From the UHGV virus genome UHGV-0268865: a stretch of DNA of 48,025 nt. One strand, 5' to 3'. This document shows, one piece after another, positions 39,945 to 48,008 of this stretch; within the stretch, counting starts at the first letter, position 1, and the number at the start of each line of letters is the position of its first letter. Position numbers and translations under genes: made by a program. The DNA is from a virus. The notes under the pieces are model-generated. The model was not told where the DNA came from and ran no database searches. It saw only the letters and a program-made list of their open reading frames with translations.

Positions 39945-40720
39945 TGAATCAGCCCTTTTTCTTTGCCAATCAGGTATTCGTCCCGCAGCCACTGAGCCGG
40001 GGTTAGCGCGCCGAGTGATGCGGCACTTGGCATGCAGCCAAAGCTTTTGCCTTCCGGGTGATAACCGCGCTGCCTGCTGGCGTGGTTTGTGGGGATCACT
40101 TCCTGGTTGTTCTCCAGAGCCAGTACCGGCGACGGTATTTGTTCTCCGGCGGCGACTTTCAGCGCCCAGTCTTCCAGCTTTTTAGCAGCGTATTTCTCGG
40201 TTTCTGCCTCGCTGAGCTGGCGCTGGTACATTGCTCGCCGGGTATCGGTAACAACCCAGTACATGACAGGGTGAGACCACGGGAAGCGCTCAGCACCGCC
40301 GGTATGCAGCCCTTTTTCACGGCTGTAGCGGTGGAACTCGTTCATCACGTCGACAAGAGTCACGCCGAGCACAGTGCCGCTATCCTTGCACCACTTGATG
40401 AACTGGCCCGGCGATGGCCAGAACGGCGATTCGCTGGCTCTCGCATGTCGCACGCCGGCGGATAACTGCTCGCGGGTGCGGATCCCGTTTTCGGCAAAAG
40501 CGGCAATCCACTGGCGCTTCGCTGTCTTCTCTTCGGCGTCGGTCCGCAGGTTAGTCTGGGTAGATGCCGGGAAGATCTGCTTCAGCTGACGGAACAGAGA
40601 GTCAACCAGCCTTTCAGCTTCGAAATCGAGAAGCCGCTGTGGCTCCGTACGCCCTGCAGCCATTCTGGCCAGCGCATCACCATCGCGATTGCTGATCGCG
40701 GTCATAAGCTGTGCGGTCAT
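39941..40720 (-). CDS. P: Replication protein P-like (helicase loader)
   Basis: 259 aa immediately after the O-like gene; similar to the lambda P family. Confidence 0.65.
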   Translation of the reverse strand: MTAQLMTAISNRDGDALARMAAGRTEPQRLLDFEAERLVDSLFRQLKQIFPASTQTNLRTDAEEKTAKRQWIAAFAENGIRTREQLSAGVRHARASESPFWPSPGQFIKWCKDSGTVLGVTLVDVMNEFHRYSREKGLHTGGAERFPWSHPVMYWVVTDTRRAMYQRQLSEAETEKYAAKKLEDWALKVAAGEQIPSPVLALENNQEVIPTNHASRQRGYHPEGKSFGCMPSAASLGALTPAQWLRDEYLIGKEKGLIQ

Positions 40721-41451
40721 ATGAAGTCCTTCCAGCCTTCAGGGCTGTTCCAGTGTGGGGAATCAGGTTCGCTTCTCTGGCGCCCGGAAAGCGGATTAAC
40801 TCTCGCGTTCCTGAGCCATACCCGGAATGCCGAGTTCCAGTCGATCAGCTTTGTGCCGCGTGCCTGGTGATAATCACGAAAGTTCAGCAACTCGGTTTCA
40901 ATGTTGATCCCTTTCCCCGAGGCAATCGCAATGTGATCTGCCGATGGCTTGAAGGCAGGAGGGAAAGGTATCTCCCCGTTGGGTGAAATCCCGATCCGTC
41001 GCTTTGCAGCCTCGCTGATAAACTGCCCTCGCGCAGAGAGAGAGTCTGGTTCAGTGACTGGTTCAAAAGAGTGACTGGTTCTGGTGCCATCTGGTGGCAT
41101 AGGGGGTGTGCCATCAGATGGCATAGGGGGTGCTATTTCATGGCATACCCCTGTGCTTTTTGGTGGCATATGGGTGGCATCAAGGTTCAGATAATACACG
41201 TTGGATGTATTACCTTTCCCGTTGTTGACCCCAACGCGATTTTCACGCTTGAGCAGCCCCATATCCTCAAGCGCATCAATATGGTTGCGAACAGCGGATT
41301 TGCTGCATTCGCACTGATCGGCAATGTGTTGATAAGAAGGCCAGCATTCGCCCTTGTCATTGGCGTTGTCGGCCAGCTTGATAAGAACGAGCTTACGCAG
41401 TGAGTTTCCCACTTTGACCCCCATTGCTTTCGCCATAAGTGACATGCTCAC
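40717..41451 (-). CDS. O: Replication initiator O-like (N-terminal HTH, C-terminal DnaT-like), with internal iterons
   Basis: N-terminal HTH; Pro/His-rich linker encoded by the iterons; basic C-terminal region. Confidence 0.65.
   Translation of the reverse strand: MSMSLMAKAMGVKVGNSLRKLVLIKLADNANDKGECWPSYQHIADQCECSKSAVRNHIDALEDMGLLKRENRVGVNNGKGNTSNVYYLNLDATHMPPKSTGVCHEIAPPMPSDGTPPMPPDGTRTSHSFEPVTEPDSLSARGQFISEAAKRRIGISPNGEIPFPPAFKPSADHIAIASGKGINIETELLNFRDYHQARGTKLIDWNSAFRVWLRNARVNPLSGRQRSEPDSPHWNSPEGWKDFI
41054..41185. repeat. Iteron cluster inside the O-like gene (putative ori)
   Basis: TGGCATAGGGGGTG x2, TGGCATACCCCTGTG, TGGTGGCATATGGGTGGCAT, and GTGACTGGTTC x2; followed by the inverted repeat TAATACA-N7-TGTATTA. 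Confidence 0.5.
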
Positions 41452-41507
41452 GTGCTACCTCCGGATTGTTTACTCTTACAGATTTACCAGGCATAATTAC
41501 CTCGCAA

Positions 41508-42083
41508 TTACCTCTTCGTTTTTGCACCTGAAAGCCGTTGGTGTTCGAGCACCGCGGCTTTCCCTTCAAATCCAACATATCCTTCGTGCATTCTTTGCTT
41601 CGCAGCCAGATAGCAATTAATGGCCTCCTGTTTATCCAGAAATTCACCCAGTTGAATCATTCGTCCGCTCACTGATATGCGCGCAGCCCACTTCCCTGTT
41701 TTCTTGTTCTGCAGAATCCCAGGGTGCCCACTGGTGTTATGTTTTGGTTTTCTGGAGTTCTGCATGTTTACCGCATGAGTAACCAGGCGAAGATTGCTCC
41801 ATTTGTTGTCAGAGCGATTTCCGTTGATATGGTCAACCTCTAGGTCGCCAGGTGGCAGCTCACCAGTCATGAAGTAAAACGCCAACCTATGCGCCTGAAA
41901 TCCCATACCAAACATCATGATGCGCACATAACCTTGCTTATTAACGGTTCCGGCCTCATCACCCACCTTGAAGCGGTGACCGATTACTCTTATCCGGCTA
42001 AATTCGCCCGTCTCAGGGTCATATTTCAAAAATTCCGGTATGCGTTTTAAGTTTTGCTCTGAAAAGTTCTTAATTGCCCTCAT
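41508..42083 (-). CDS. HNH endonuclease with an AP2-like DNA-binding domain
   Basis: HRLAFYFMTG...LEVDHINGNRSDNKWSNLRLVTHAVN is an HNH_3 motif; the C-terminal region is AP2-like. Confidence 0.8.
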   Translation of the reverse strand: MRAIKNFSEQNLKRIPEFLKYDPETGEFSRIRVIGHRFKVGDEAGTVNKQGYVRIMMFGMGFQAHRLAFYFMTGELPPGDLEVDHINGNRSDNKWSNLRLVTHAVNMQNSRKPKHNTSGHPGILQNKKTGKWAARISVSGRMIQLGEFLDKQEAINCYLAAKQRMHEGYVGFEGKAAVLEHQRLSGAKTKR

Positions 42084-42301
42084 GCCTCAAAATCCCCCTT
42101 TTCTCCCGTTCGGTTAGAAATCAGGATGGCCAGAAGCAACGACATGTTCGGCAGCAGGCTTTCCCGCCAGCGACTTACCGTTGACTTATTCACTCCGGCC
42201 ACTTTGGCGATATTCGTGGTTCCCAGTTCTGCTATCTGGCTGTGCAACCAGCTTTCAATTCTCCTGGCCTCCACTTTGTTGCGTGTTGTTGAACTCTCCA
42301 T
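42080..42301 (-). CDS. cII: CII-like transcriptional activator
   Basis: RIESWLHSQIAELGTTNIAKVAGVNKSTVSRWRESLLPNMSLLLAIL is collinear with lambda CII; start placed at MESSTT with a GAGGAAG RBS. Confidence 0.75.
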   Translation of the reverse strand: MESSTTRNKVEARRIESWLHSQIAELGTTNIAKVAGVNKSTVSRWRESLLPNMSLLLAILISNRTGEKGDFEA

Positions 42302-42341
42302 TTGTGATACTTCCTCTGGTGTTGATTGGAATGGCCGCCAG

Positions 42342-42572
42342 TCAGGCGGCATTAGCTTTTGTTGGCGGCGGAAACAAATCAGGAAGATCAGGGCGAATTT
42401 CATGCGCCTTAACCTTACCGCCGGTTGCGCTGACTATGGCTTTAACTTTTTCTGGTGAAACTAAGCCACCATTTAGCCACTTATGAACCGCAGGCTGACT
42501 TACGCCACAGATATCGGCGAGGCGCTGTTGACTGCCAACGATTTTCAAAGCTCGTTGAATAACTTTATTCAT
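42342..42572 (-). CDS. cro: Cro-like HTH repressor
   Basis: HTH (QQRLADICGVSQPAVHKWL); divergent from cI across the operators; AGGTGA RBS before the ATG at 42572. Confidence 0.7.
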   Translation of the reverse strand: MNKVIQRALKIVGSQQRLADICGVSQPAVHKWLNGGLVSPEKVKAIVSATGGKVKAHEIRPDLPDLFPPPTKANAA

Positions 42573-42608
42573 GGATTTCACCTATCCGATTACTGGATTA
42601 ATGAGAAG

Positions 42609-42671
42609 ATAACTCAAGTTATGATATTTGTCCATAACCTTTGTTATTTTACGAAACATAACCTTGGTTAT
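42609..42671. promoter_or_regulatory. oR: three 14-bp palindromic operators with consensus ATAACC-N2-GGTTAT
   Basis: ATAACTcaAGTTAT (42609-22), ATAACCttTGTTAT (42634-47), ATAACCttGGTTAT (42658-71); 24-25 bp centre-to-centre. Confidence 0.6.
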
Positions 42672-42682
42672 ATATTTGCCGT

Positions 42683-43375
42683 ATGAAAACATTTGCAGAA
42701 AGACTGAATGCAGCCATGATTGCCGCTGGCGTTTCTCAAGGTCAGTTAGCTGAAATGGTTGGGGTATCACAGCCAGCAATCCAGAAAATGACTTCTGGAA
42801 AAACTAATGGCAGCCGAAAAATGGTTGAGCTCGCTAACGCGCTTGGTGTTAGACCTGAATGGCTTTCATCTGGTCAAGGGGCAATGCGGGAAGACGGACA
42901 GCAGCCTCAATCGCAGTTGACTAAAACTGGTGATTCAGATGTGTTCCGATTGGACGTGCTGGATCTGACGGTAAGCGCCGGCCCTGGCATCATTAATCAG
43001 GAATTCGTTGAAATTTTGCATTCCGTCGAGTACGCGCCAGCTGAAGCACGCCACATGTTCGATGGGCGCAAGTCCGAGAATATCCGGATCATTAACGTCC
43101 GCGGCGACAGCATGTCGGGCACGATTGAGCCTGGTGATCTGCTGTTCGTAGATATCAGCGTTAAGAGCTTCGACGGCGACGGTATTTACGCGTTCCTGTA
43201 CGACGATACGGCACATGTTAAGCGCCTGCAGAAGATGAAAGACAAGCTGCTGGTTATCTCAGACAACAAGATTTATACGCCATGGGACCCGATCGAGAAA
43301 GACGAGATGAACCGGGTGTTCGTGTTCGGCAAGGTGATTGGCAGTATGCCGCAGACTTACCGTAAACACGGTTGA
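42683..43375 (+). CDS. cI: CI-like repressor (N-terminal HTH plus C-terminal S24 LexA-like autopeptidase)
   Basis: HTH QGQLAEMVGVSQPAIQKM; S24 motifs GDSMSGTIEPGDLLFVD and the catalytic K in AHVKRL. Confidence 0.9.
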   Translation: MKTFAERLNAAMIAAGVSQGQLAEMVGVSQPAIQKMTSGKTNGSRKMVELANALGVRPEWLSSGQGAMREDGQQPQSQLTKTGDSDVFRLDVLDLTVSAGPGIINQEFVEILHSVEYAPAEARHMFDGRKSENIRIINVRGDSMSGTIEPGDLLFVDISVKSFDGDGIYAFLYDDTAHVKRLQKMKDKLLVISDNKIYTPWDPIEKDEMNRVFVFGKVIGSMPQTYRKHG

Positions 43376-43395
43376 TACAGCAAGGAGTGCAGTTC

Positions 43396-43839
43396 ATGAT
43401 TGAAGAAAAAATTCTTATCCTCTATCCCACGCTAGTCCAGGCGGGGCTTGCCATAACAGCCTATATGGCTCCAACGCCACTTATAACAGTAGGTAGCTTT
43501 GATTCTCCCTTGTCTTTTTATATAACTATGGCTGTTTTCCTAGATTCATCAAAAGAGTATGTAACTACCCTTGACGTTAAGCATAACGGTGATTCAGTTT
43601 TAGACTCGAACGCAAACAATGACGAAAATCATTCGCAAAATTTTATGTTCACAAAACCTGATGAGAACAGTCTCCTTGTTGGAACTCAGTTGCATCTAAA
43701 AGGAGTTAAGCCTACAACCCCAGGTACATATGACATAACTTTGGAGTTATTTGAAATAGATGAACAAAGCAGGCAGCATTTGGTTGATGAAAAGACTTGC
43801 TCTATAGTAATCGTTAAAACAACGTTGAGGGATCAATAG
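43396..43839 (+). CDS. AT-rich moron gene X: membrane protein with a hydrophobic N-terminus and a soluble C-terminal domain (rexA position)
   Basis: AAGGAG RBS 8 nt before the ATG; sits directly downstream of the cI stop; visibly AT-rich. Confidence 0.5.
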   Translation: MIEEKILILYPTLVQAGLAITAYMAPTPLITVGSFDSPLSFYITMAVFLDSSKEYVTTLDVKHNGDSVLDSNANNDENHSQNFMFTKPDENSLLVGTQLHLKGVKPTTPGTYDITLELFEIDEQSRQHLVDEKTCSIVIVKTTLRDQ

Positions 43840-44141
43840 TGACAGCAAGGATGTACAAGCTGAGGCCTGAAGATGAAGAACGAATCCCTCAACCACATAA
43901 TAATGATGATGGAGGGGGCGGAGGAGACGATATGCTTCAGAGAGTGAAAGAACTTGAAAACAAAGTCGCAACCCTTGTAACCGATGTTGCAATCATCAAA
44001 GACAAGCTAGCTTCCAAGGAAGATATTCAGTCAGTAAAGACAGAGCTACATAAGGAGTTGAATGCTCAAACATGGAAAATCATTACAGCTATAGTGATAA
44101 CCGTGTTACTAGCTGTTTTTTCTAAATATTTCATTAAATAA
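43839..44141 (+). CDS. AT-rich moron gene Y: acidic/Gly-rich N-terminus, coiled coil, C-terminal TM anchor (XhlA-like architecture)
   Basis: GTG start overlapping the X stop, with a GAGGGA RBS; C-terminal IITAIVITVLLAVFSKYFIK helix. Confidence 0.45.
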   Translation: MTARMYKLRPEDEERIPQPHNNDDGGGGGDDMLQRVKELENKVATLVTDVAIIKDKLASKEDIQSVKTELHKELNAQTWKIITAIVITVLLAVFSKYFIK

Positions 44142-44165
44142 CCCGGCCACCGATCCGGGTTTTTA
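44141..44165 (+). terminator. Rho-independent terminator ending the cI-X-Y operon
   Basis: CCCGG-CCACCGAT-CCGGG followed by TTTTT. Confidence 0.55.
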
Positions 44166-44387
44166 ATGCCCCTTCCTTGCGAACTCCGCCGCATCACGCA
44201 GCAACCCCTTGTGAATGACATTGCCTACAGAGCGTCGCTTTGCCTCCAGCCGTTCGACAATAGCGTCACGGTCAATTGTCGCGCCGTCGATTATCAACTC
44301 AACAACAGCCCCGCTGATTTCGCCAGCGATAAATGCTGCACGGTCTTCCAGTAACTCATCCCGTTCCATATCCATACCCAGCCCCAT
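44163..44387 (-). CDS. Small hypothetical protein (74 aa) transcribed from the oL region toward cI
   Basis: GAGGGAAAGG RBS before the ATG at 44387. Confidence 0.4.
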   Translation of the reverse strand: MGLGMDMERDELLEDRAAFIAGEISGAVVELIIDGATIDRDAIVERLEAKRRSVGNVIHKGLLRDAAEFARKGH

Positions 44388-44440
44388 AACCTTTCCCTCA
44401 CTGATGTTTTTTTGAGCATAACAGCACGCTTTACAAAAAT

Positions 44441-44530
44441 AAATAACCTTCTCAATCATAAATTTATAACTTATTTCGTTAATATTATAATTTAGGTTAT
44501 TGCCATAAACCATAACTAAGGTTATCTTTA
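44441..44530. promoter_or_regulatory. oL operators plus a pL-like promoter
   Basis: ATAACTaaGGTTAT (44512-25) and ATAATTtaGGTTAT (44487-500) match the oR consensus; -35 TTGCCA (44500-05), 17 bp, -10 TATCTT (44523-28) on the plus strand. Confidence 0.5.
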
Positions 44531-44607
44531 ACTCATCCAAACAACACCGGCAACGCCGGGGTGAAGTCAAAACGTCCCGTTAGCCGCGATAAGGCAAAGG
44601 TGAAGAG

Positions 44608-44715
44608 ATGATCCGAGAAGAAGACAGGCCTGCATGGCGTAATTTTTGGTTAAAGGTCGTTCCGTTTTTGGTTGCTGTCCTTTTTTTTAGCTTCGCATGC
44701 TGGGGTGGAAAATGA
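44608..44715 (+). CDS. Small hydrophobic peptide (35 aa)
   Basis: First ORF after pL; ATGA-coupled to the next ORF. Confidence 0.35.
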   Translation: MIREEDRPAWRNFWLKVVPFLVAVLFFSFACWGGK

Positions 44716-44822
44716 GCAAACAAGGCATTCGTTCACTGATTTACTGCCTGCTGATCTGCGGTGTTATCTGGTCAGCGTTGATTATCAAAATTCTGCACGT
44801 TACGGGGGTGTTCAATGGCTAA
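44712..44822 (+). CDS. Small hydrophobic peptide (36 aa)
   Basis: Single TM helix; ATGA-coupled; overlaps the start of the next ORF. Confidence 0.35.
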   Translation: MSKQGIRSLIYCLLICGVIWSALIIKILHVTGVFNG

Positions 44823-45009
44823 ATCAATTCCTAACAGCGGACGCGCCGTGATGATGCGCAATAGCCGCACCGGCGCAGCCTGGCTGGTCAGCTTCGACTA
44901 TCGCGACGGCAGCTACTGGCATGAGCCGCAGGGTAATCTGCGCCACATCCGCCGGCCATACGCTTCACGCAGCATTGAGCCGAACCTGGTTCCAGCCGGG
45001 ACGCATTAA
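44815..45009 (+). CDS. Small Arg-rich protein (64 aa)
   Basis: Start lies inside the end of the preceding mini-ORF. Confidence 0.4.
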   Translation: MAKSIPNSGRAVMMRNSRTGAAWLVSFDYRDGSYWHEPQGNLRHIRRPYASRSIEPNLVPAGTH

Positions 45010-45096
45010 CCGCGCATATCAGCGCAAGAATTTAACTGAGCTATCAGGCAGCCAATACGGTGCCGGGCGTTTCACAACCAAATTTCAGGGGAAACC

Positions 45097-46101
45097 ATGA
45101 GCGAAATAATGGATTTAACCGTCATCGAAATAAAACCAGAACAGGCACCGACCCTGTACCGGGCTGGCGGTCTTGACGCTTACCTGGAGCAGATTCGCCA
45201 GGCCGTGAACGAGGTTCCGGACCTGACCACCAAGAAAGGTCGTGACCGTGTCGCTTCTCTCGCGGCGCAGGTATCACGCAGCAAGACGGCAATCGAGAAG
45301 CCGGGTCGCGAGTACCTGAAACGCCTTAAAGAGGCTGTGCGCCCTGCTGAGGCGGAAATTAAGCGGTTTGTTGATGCATGTGACGAGCTGCGCGATGCGA
45401 CACGTAAGCCGCTGACCGAATGGGAAGCTGAGCAGGAACGCATTAAAGCCGAAGAAGCCATGATCGCGCTGCACGCCGAAGCGCTGGGGATGAACGAAGA
45501 GTTCGACCTCCAGCGTGCCGCGCAGATCGAAGCAGACCACGAAATGGCCCTGCTGATGGATAAAGATATTGACCGCGAACGCGCAGATAAAGCAGCCGAA
45601 GCAGAACGCCAGCGCATTGCCCGCGAAGAAGAGATTAAGCGTCAGGCGGAAGAGAAAGCCAAACGTGAAGCAGCAGAAAAGGCACAGCGTGAAATTGACG
45701 CTGCGGCTGCCAGAGAGCGCGAGGCGATTTTGGCAAAAGAGCGCGCAGAACGTGAGCGCATTGAAGCTCAGCAGCGGGCCGAACGCGAACAGCGAGAAGC
45801 TGCTGAACGTGCTGAGCGTGAAAAGCAGGCCGCCGTGGAAGCAGAACGCCGCAAAGCTCAGGAAGAAGCCGATCGCATCCGCCGCGAGGCAGAGCAGCGC
45901 GAACAGGCCCGCCTGGCTGAGGAGAAGCGTAAAGCCGATGAGCAGGCGCGCCGCGAAGCCGACGTTAAGCACCGCAAGGCTGTAGGCACGGAAATCGTCA
46001 AAGCTCTTCTGGCCAATACCAGCTTAACCCGCGATCAGGCGATTGAAGTCCTGACTGCGATTAAAGACGGAAAAATCCCACATACCGGGATCAGCTACTG
46101 A
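45097..46101 (+). CDS. Coiled-coil protein with a highly charged ERA/ERE repeat region
   Basis: 334 aa; low-complexity AERE-rich central region; sits upstream of gam in the recombination module. Confidence 0.5.
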   Translation: MSEIMDLTVIEIKPEQAPTLYRAGGLDAYLEQIRQAVNEVPDLTTKKGRDRVASLAAQVSRSKTAIEKPGREYLKRLKEAVRPAEAEIKRFVDACDELRDATRKPLTEWEAEQERIKAEEAMIALHAEALGMNEEFDLQRAAQIEADHEMALLMDKDIDRERADKAAEAERQRIAREEEIKRQAEEKAKREAAEKAQREIDAAAAREREAILAKERAERERIEAQQRAEREQREAAERAEREKQAAVEAERRKAQEEADRIRREAEQREQARLAEEKRKADEQARREADVKHRKAVGTEIVKALLANTSLTRDQAIEVLTAIKDGKIPHTGISY

Positions 46102-46108
46102 GGTGTTT

Positions 46109-46405
46109 ATGGCGGCTTATCACTTTCAGGACCGGATTGAAGAGCAATCCTGGAACCAGCATTACCAGAAGCTGGCGCGCGAAGAGAAAGAATCTGAGCT
46201 CGCGGATGACATGGAGAAAGGTCTCCCTCTCCGTCTGCTGGAATCGCTGTGCATCGACGAACTTCAACGCCGCGGCGCCAGCAAACAGGCGATTAGCCGC
46301 GCATTCGACGATGACGTGGGTTTTCAAGATCGGATGGCAGCTAACGTCCGCTACATGGTTGAAGTTATCGCCAGGCATCAACTCAACATTGAAGAGGAGC
46401 AATAA
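46109..46405 (+). CDS. gam: Host-nuclease inhibitor Gam (GamS-length)
   Basis: [36 protein letters not shown]...[13 protein letters not shown] is collinear with lambda Gam; ATG at 46109 with a GAGGTG RBS. Confidence 0.85.
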   Translation: MAAYHFQDRIEEQSWNQHYQKLAREEKESELADDMEKGLPLRLLESLCIDELQRRGASKQAISRAFDDDVGFQDRMAANVRYMVEVIARHQLNIEEEQ

Positions 46406-47331
46406 TGGCTACTCAACTCATCGAACAGGTATTTAGCCTAGTAAATCCACTAAAGGCTGAATTTGAGCAGGTTTGCTCTGAACCTTCTATCAATTTCAGG
46501 CGTGAATCTGAGTTCGCAATGCAGATTTTCGCCAATAACGACTACCTGGCTAAAGTCGCCATCGGCAATCCGGTTAGCACCAGAAGTGCAGTAATGAATG
46601 TTGCCGGGATCGGCGTGTCCCTTAATCCGGCTCAGAAGCTGGCTTATCTGGTGCCACGCAAAGGGGCTATCTGTCTCGACATCAGCTACATGGGCCTGAT
46701 GCATATCGCACAGCAATCCGGGGCTATCAAGTGGTGCCAGTCGGCAATTGTTCGTAAGAACGATCAGTTTCACCGTGAAGGTCTGGATAAGCCACCGGTT
46801 CATATTTACAACGATTTCGACACCGCAGAACAGCGCGGCGACATTGTAGGTGCCTACGTCGTTATCAAAAGCGACGATGGCGACTACCTGACTCACACGA
46901 TGCGCATTGCTGATATCTACGCGATCCGAGATCGCTCAGAAGCATGGAAAGCCTACAAGAATAAAGGAACATCGTGCCCGTGGGTCACAGACGAAGAGCA
47001 GATGATCCTCAAGACGGTTGTTAAACAGGCTGCGAAATATTGGCCTCGCCGTGAGCGCCTGGATGCGGCAATTGACCACGTGAACACCGAAAGCGAAGAA
47101 GGTATTAACTTTTCAGCACAACGCCAGCCAGAACGCGATGTTACCCCGGCAGAAACAGCAATCATCAAAGAGATTAACGACGTTCTTATCGCGATGAATA
47201 AGACATGGGATGACGACCTGCTGCCCCTGTGTTCAAAAATATTCCGCCGTGACATTCGTGAATCATCAGAACTGACTCAAGAAGAGGCGGTTAAGGCTCT
47301 CGGATTTCTGAAAAATAAGGCGGCCGCATGA
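46405..47331 (+). CDS. recT: RecT-family single-strand annealing recombinase
   Basis: 308 aa between gam and exo; resembles the RecT/Red-beta superfamily. Confidence 0.7.
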   Translation: MATQLIEQVFSLVNPLKAEFEQVCSEPSINFRRESEFAMQIFANNDYLAKVAIGNPVSTRSAVMNVAGIGVSLNPAQKLAYLVPRKGAICLDISYMGLMHIAQQSGAIKWCQSAIVRKNDQFHREGLDKPPVHIYNDFDTAEQRGDIVGAYVVIKSDDGDYLTHTMRIADIYAIRDRSEAWKAYKNKGTSCPWVTDEEQMILKTVVKQAAKYWPRRERLDAAIDHVNTESEEGINFSAQRQPERDVTPAETAIIKEINDVLIAMNKTWDDDLLPLCSKIFRRDIRESSELTQEEAVKALGFLKNKAAA

Positions 47332-48008
47332 CACCTGAAATCATCCTTGCGCGCACCGGTATTGACGTTACCCGCGTTGAACAGGGCGATGAAGCTTGGC
47401 ACCGCTTGCGCCTTGGCGTCATAACCGCCTCAGAAGTTCACAACGTCATTTCAAAACCGAGATCTGGCACAAAGTGGACTGACATGAAAATGTCCTATTT
47501 CCACACGCTACTCGCAGAGGTTTGCACCGGTGCGGCACCGGAAGTTAACGCCAAGGCGCTGGCCTGGGGGAAACAGTACGAGGACGACGCTCGTACCCTG
47601 TTTGAGTTCACCACTGACGTGAAAGTCACCGAGTCGCCGATCCTCTTCCGCGACGAAGGAATGCGCACCGCCTGCTCACCTGACGGCCTGTGCAGTGATG
47701 GTCGCGGCCTTGAGCTGAAGTGCCCTTTCACCTCTCGCGACTTCATGAAATTCCGGCTTGGCGGCTTCGAGGCTATCAAATCTGCTTACATGGCCCAGGT
47801 GCAATTCAGCATGTGGGTAACCGGAAAGGATGCCTGGTATTTCGCGAATTATGACCCTCGCATGAAGCGAGAAGGCATCCTCCACGTGGTTGTTGAGCGC
47901 GACGACAAATACATGTCCGACTTCAACGAAATGGTGCCGGAGTTCATCAAGAAGATGGACGAATCGCTGGCGGAGATCGGCTTCACCTTCGGGGAACAGT
48001 GGAAATGA
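47328..48008 (+). CDS. exo: Lambda-type exonuclease (Red-alpha / YqaJ)
   Basis: Near-identical to lambda Exo over the full length (MTPxIILxRTGIDV...[15 protein letters not shown]...[33 protein letters not shown]). Confidence 0.95.
   Translation: MTPEIILARTGIDVTRVEQGDEAWHRLRLGVITASEVHNVISKPRSGTKWTDMKMSYFHTLLAEVCTGAAPEVNAKALAWGKQYEDDARTLFEFTTDVKVTESPILFRDEGMRTACSPDGLCSDGRGLELKCPFTSRDFMKFRLGGFEAIKSAYMAQVQFSMWVTGKDAWYFANYDPRMKREGILHVVVERDDKYMSDFNEMVPEFIKKMDESLAEIGFTFGEQWK

Noticed and set aside
42302-42341. Search for nutR/boxA-boxB downstream of cro and for nutL after pL
   Set aside because: No CGCTCTTA boxA or GAAAA-loop boxB hairpin found; no N-like ARM protein recognised, so N-type antitermination is not claimed.
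42080-42403. 107-aa version of the cII ORF with a hydrophobic N-terminal extension
   Set aside because: The extension overlaps the cro stop and intergenic region; homology to lambda CII starts at the internal MESSTT Met, which has a good RBS.
45274-45972. 232-aa minus-strand ORF
   Set aside because: Antisense to the ERA-repeat coiled-coil gene; a low-complexity repeat region keeps several frames open.
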